Assembly: GCA_028826165.1 (NCBI GenBank)
Contig: JAPDFW010000073.1
Coordinates: 124,001-188,000 of the forward strand
Direction of reading: 5' to 3'
DNA length: 64,000 nt
From: Anaeramoeba ignava BMAN
Lineage: Eukaryota > Protista > Anaeramoebae
The notes below the pieces were generated by a model, which was not told the DNA's origin, searched no databases, and saw only the letters and a program-made list of their open reading frames with translations. A program made the position numbers and the translations under genes. Position 1 is the stretch's first letter. Every line of letters begins with the position of its first letter. Below, one piece after another: positions 59,742 through 64,000 of this stretch.

Positions 59742-61500
59742 ATGAATGAAATTATATTTTTTGGTGCAAATGAATTACCAAAACTTATAAAAAATGAACC
59801 AAATCAAATAACAAAAATAATTCAATTTAAATTTGAAAATGAAAATGAAAATGAAAATGAAAATGAAAATGAAAATGATTCAACAATTCTCCTTTTTAAA
59901 AATGGAAAAGCAATAGAATATTTAAGTGAAAACAATACAAATCAAAATCCTGTTAAAATTCAAATTGAAGAAGATATTCAAAAAGTAACTTTTGGTTGTC
60001 GAGATGAAGCTATTTTAACAATAGAAGGAAATGTATTTGCCAAAGGAGAAAATATTAATCCAAAACATCCAAATAAATTTATCAATATTTCATCATTAAT
60101 TGAAGATACAAATGATAGAATAATTGAAGATATTGTTTCTGGAGCTCATTCAGTTTACTTATTAACTTCAAATCAAAATGCTTATGGAATTGGTTTAAAT
60201 TATTATGATAAACTTGGTTTTGGTTATGAAACACTTCATAAAACAGAAAAACCAATTTTAATGATGAAAAATGTTTCTAAAATATTTTCAGGAGATGCTT
60301 CAAGATCTGTTTTTCTTTTGAATTCAAATCAAGAATTATTTGGATGTGGATTTAATCAATATGGTCAACTTGGATTAGGAAAATCAAGAAGAAAAGAATT
60401 CGAAATCAATAAATTAACCAAAATCCAAAATATTCCAAAAGGTAAAATAATTGATATTCAATGTGGAAGGTGGAATTCAATAATGTTGATTGAAAATGAA
60501 AATGAAAATCCAAAAAGAAAACTTTATTCAACTGGTCATTTTCTATATAATGGACTTGGCAAAAATGAAGATATTTATGAATTTACTGAAATCAAATCAT
60601 CTTTATTTGAAAATGATGATGATATTGTTGATTTTTCTGTTGGAGATTATCATACTTTGATTTTAACTTCAAAATCAAAATTAATTGGATTTGGAAAAAA
60701 TGAAGTAGGTCAATTAGGAACTATAGATAAAAAAGATCAATTTATTCCAATTCAAATTGAATTTCCTAAATTAAGATTTAATGAAGATATTTCCAATTAT
60801 CGTGTTTCTTGTGAAGAATACAAATCATTTCTTTATTATTCTCCTCCTCCTTTTTCCAATCTTGAAGAAGATTTGATAAACTTATTTGAAAGAAAAGAAT
60901 TTTGTGATATTTCATTTAAAACCGAAAATGGAGAAATAATTGAAGCTCATAAATTAATATTAAAATATAGATTAAATCAAAATCAAAATCAAATTGAAAA
61001 ACTTAAAGAAATTATTTCAAAAAAAACAATTAAAGAATCAAATCAAATATTTGAAATGATTTATTCAAACAGAATAATAAATCCAAAATTATATTCTGAA
61101 ATTAAAGAAATTATAAATTCAAATGAAAAAATAGAAGAAACAATGAAAAGAATTTATTTAAATGAAAATGAAAATGAAAAAGATTTTATAATTGAAAGAA
61201 AAGAAAAACAATATAAATTTCCTAAAATTAATATTAATAATGAGAAGTGAATTATATCGAGGAATGTTTTTATCTGTAACTGAAGATACTTCTAATAAAG
61301 TTACAGATTATAGTGAATTAAGTAATAAATCATTTCAAATATTTGAATATTGGATTTATTCAAATCAAATTAAAGATGAAATTGAAATTACAGAAGAAAT
61401 AATTGATGAATTTGAAATTGGAATTGATTATTTTCAATTAAATGAAGCATATCCAAATTTATTTGATTTATTAATTAACAAATTTAATAATCAAAATTAA
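59742..61500 (+). CDS. RCC1-BTB paralogue, recent duplicate of the 53389 copy (frameshift in an A-run ~61225)
   Basis: Shares MNEIIFFGANELPKL, the first-blade deletion and the NEAYPNL tail with the 53389 copy. Confidence 0.85.
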
Positions 61501-61965
61501 AATTAAAATTAGAATTAAAATTAAAATTAAAATTAAAATTAAAATTAAAATTAATATTAAAATTAAAATTAAAATTAAAATCAAAATTCAAATTAAAATT
61601 AAAATTAAAATTAAAATTAAAATTAAAATTAAAATCAAAATTAAAATTAAAATTAAAATTAAAATTAAAATCAAAATTAAAATTAAAATTAAAATTAAAA
61701 TTAAAATTAAAATTAAAATTAAAATTAAAATCGGATAAAAAATTAAAATTAAAATTAAAAATTAAAATTAAAATCAAAATCAAAATCAAAATCAAAATTA
61801 AAATTAAAATTAAAATTAAAATCAAAATTAAAATTAAAATTAAAATTAAAATTAAAATTAATAATCAAAATCAAAATTAAAATTAAAATTAAAATTAAAA
61901 TTGGAATTAAAATTAAAATTAAAATCAGTATTAAAATTAAAATTTAAATTAAAATTAAAAATTAA
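61495..61965. repeat. (aaaatt)n hexamer array
   Basis: Direct inspection. Confidence 0.95.
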
Positions 61966-62301
61966 TTTGAATCCCCTTTATTTTTTTTCTTTTTAATTTC
62001 TTTTTAATTTCTTTTTCATCAAAAAAATAAAAAAATAAAAATAAAAAAAATAAAAATAAAAAGATAATTATTAAATTTGGGTATTATTTTTTTTAATCCA
62101 AAAGATGAACCAAAAAAAAAATTGATTGTTTAGTGAAACTTTTTCCAACAGAATGAATAAATCTGAGAAAAGAACAAAGATAAAGACAAGAGAAAGTCAA
62201 TATCTAAAATATGAAAGAAAAAGAAAAAAAAAAGGAAAAAAAAGGAAAAAACAAGAAAACAAAAAAAAAAATGGAAAAAAAAAATGGAAAAAAAAAACAA
62301 C

Positions 62302-62880
62302 TCAAAGAATAAAGCAGAGTTTCTTTTTGCGCGGACCCAACGGCAAACCGTCATTAGATTTAGGGTCTTTACCGCCGTTATACTTACGAATTTGCCTTAC
62401 ACATTGAAAAAAGGCCTCCTCAACATTTTCTCTAGTTTTAGCAGAAGTTTCAATATAAGCGCATTGGAACAATTTTGCCAAATCCTTGAGTTCATCAAGA
62501 GAAACTTGGCGGTTTTTAGTAAGATCTTTTTTATTGCCGACAATAACCATTGGAAAATGGTCAGCCTCTTTAGTCTTAAGAATATTGTCTTTATATAAAG
62601 TAACTTCATCAAAAGAGCTGCGCATATTGATTGCATATACAATTACAAATCCATCCCCGCTTCTCACGTATGTGTCTCGCATAAGCGCATATTCTTCTTG
62701 TCCTGCTGTGTCAATTATTTCTAACATACTCACTTGCCCGTCAATTTCTACTTGTTTTTGATAGAAATCTTCTATCGTTGGTTCGTATTCTTCTATGAAT
62801 TGTGAGTGGATTAATTGTACCGTTAGTGCGGATTTTCCTACTCCTCCTCCTCCTACAACTACTATTTTATAACTCGGCAT
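62302..62880 (-). CDS. Ras-family small GTPase
   Basis: GGGGVGKS, YEPTIED, DTAGQEEY, NKKD, ETSAK, polybasic tail + CaaX (RKKKLCFIL); intronless. Confidence 0.95.
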   Translation of the reverse strand: MPSYKIVVVGGGGVGKSALTVQLIHSQFIEEYEPTIEDFYQKQVEIDGQVSMLEIIDTAGQEEYALMRDTYVRSGDGFVIVYAINMRSSFDEVTLYKDNILKTKEADHFPMVIVGNKKDLTKNRQVSLDELKDLAKLFQCAYIETSAKTRENVEEAFFQCVRQIRKYNGGKDPKSNDGLPLGPRKKKLCFIL

Positions 62881-63159
62881 TGTAAAATAGAAAAAAAAAG
62901 CAAAAAAAAAATGAAAAAAAAATTGAAAAAAAAATTAAAAAAAAAATTTTTAATAAGAAATTTTGTTTATCTCTTTTTTTTAATCATTTAATTTTTTTTT
63001 CTCCTTTTGTTTTTTTTTTCTCCTTTTTTTTTCTTTATTTAAATTTCTTTTTCTTTTTTTTTCATTTTTTTTTTCATTTTTTTTTCTTTTATTAATTATT
63101 CCAAATTATTTAAAATTTTTAAAATTTAATTTTCTAAATAATTTTACTATTTATTTTTT

Positions 63160-63286
63160 ATGGGAAATTGTTCAAAAAATCCTGATTTTAAATCAAAAGA
63201 AATTGAAAGAAATAAACTTATCCAAAAATTAATTGATAAAGATTCAAATTCAATTCAAAAAGAGCAAGTACGAATTTTACTTTTAG
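63160..63286 (+). CDS. Heterotrimeric G-protein alpha subunit, exon 1 (gene continues beyond the window)
   Basis: MGNCSKNPDFKSKEIERNKLIQKLIDKDSNSIQKEQVRILLL-G|GTAGAT: myristoyl/palmitoyl-type MGNC start, alpha-N helix, beta-1 ILLLG, phase-1 donor at the usual G-alpha intron-1 position. Confidence 0.8.
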
Positions 63287-63539
63287 GTAGATAAATATTT
63301 TGAAATGATTTTAATATTAAAAAATTTTTAAAAAGATTTTTATTTTATGAACATTTAATTGATCAAGTTTATAAAGAGCAAATAAAAAAAAATTTTCAAA
63401 TAAAAAAAAATTTATTTTTGATTTAGTATTCAATCGATGAATTATTTTAAAAGCAATTTAAAACATTTAAAAGCAAATTTAAAATAAGCAATTTTAAAAG
63501 CAATTTTCCAACAAATCAAAAAATTAATTTAAAACATCA

Positions 63540-64000
63540 ATTTAAATTAATATATAAATTAATATTTAAATTAATATTTAAATTAATATTTTAAATTAAT
63601 ATTTAAATTAATATTTAAATCAATATTTAAATCAAATATTTAAATCTAATATTTAAATTAATATTTAAATCAAATATTTAAATTAATATTTAAATTAATA
63701 TTTAAATTAATATTTAAATTAATATTTTAAATTAATATTTAAATCAAATATTTAAACCAATAATTAAATTAATATTTAAATCAATAATTTAAATTAATAT
63801 TTAAATTAATATTTAAATTAATATTTAAATTAATATTTAAATTAATATTTAAATTAATATTTAAATTAATATTTTAAATTAATATATAAATTAATATTTA
63901 AAATCTAATATTTAAATTAATATTTAAATTAATATTTAAATTAATATTTAAAATTAATATCCAAATAAATATTTAAATTAATATTTTAATTAATATTTAA
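63540..64000. repeat. 12-bp satellite (aattaatattta)n, probably within G-alpha intron 1
   Basis: Direct inspection; runs off the window end. Confidence 0.9.

Noticed and set aside
4451-61250. Many split ORFs (~4495, 7690, 12640, 13425, 15400, 18800, 20060, 23915, 25925, 48940, 51977, 61225) as programmed frameshifting, phase variation or pseudogenes
   Set aside because: Single-base indels mostly in or next to A/T homopolymers, also hitting the housekeeping-type BEACH gene; most simply long-read consensus errors. Needs accurate reads to settle.
47672-61500. Diversity-generating retroelement explaining RCC1 variability
   Set aside because: No reverse transcriptase and no template/variable repeat pair; changes are not adenine-specific.
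1-64000. Inteins/Hint domains (reported to be abundant in Anaeramoeba), CRISPR arrays, rRNA/tRNA genes
   Set aside because: No Hint motifs with HN-C/S/T junctions, no repeat-spacer arrays and no recognisable structured RNA genes by eye; covariance searches could not be run.

Overview
Extremely AT-rich, gene-dense eukaryotic DNA with short GT-AG introns and the standard genetic code. The composition, (GAAAAT)n-derived EN/QN tracts and huge BTB/RCC1/ankyrin expansions resemble the anaerobic metamonad Anaeramoeba (inference). Housekeeping genes: Furry-like 3' end, BTB-BACK-TLDc, a BEACH/neurobeachin-like gene, a ZFC3H1-like gene, AP-4 mu, SRP72, a prokaryote-like HD hydrolase, Ras, and G-alpha exon 1 (missed by the ORF track). 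Accessory content: a family in which different N-terminal repeat modules (RCC1 in 7 genes, ankyrin, SKICH-like, possibly Kelch) sit in front of a homologous C-terminal double-BTB module, plus one solo BTB remnant. The RCC1 copies have hypervariable loops and look mosaic. Best candidate for a new system: a 4,495-bp PIF/Harbinger-type DNA transposon (54805-59299; imperfect TIRs, AAT target-site duplication) that splits an RCC1-BTB gene. Its single ORF fuses a DDE transposase to a Ulp1/CE-clan cysteine protease with a His-Asn-Cys triad, and it carries a nested TA-flanked satellite-filled element. Several ORF breaks are single-base indels, mostly in or next to homopolymers, and probably long-read errors.
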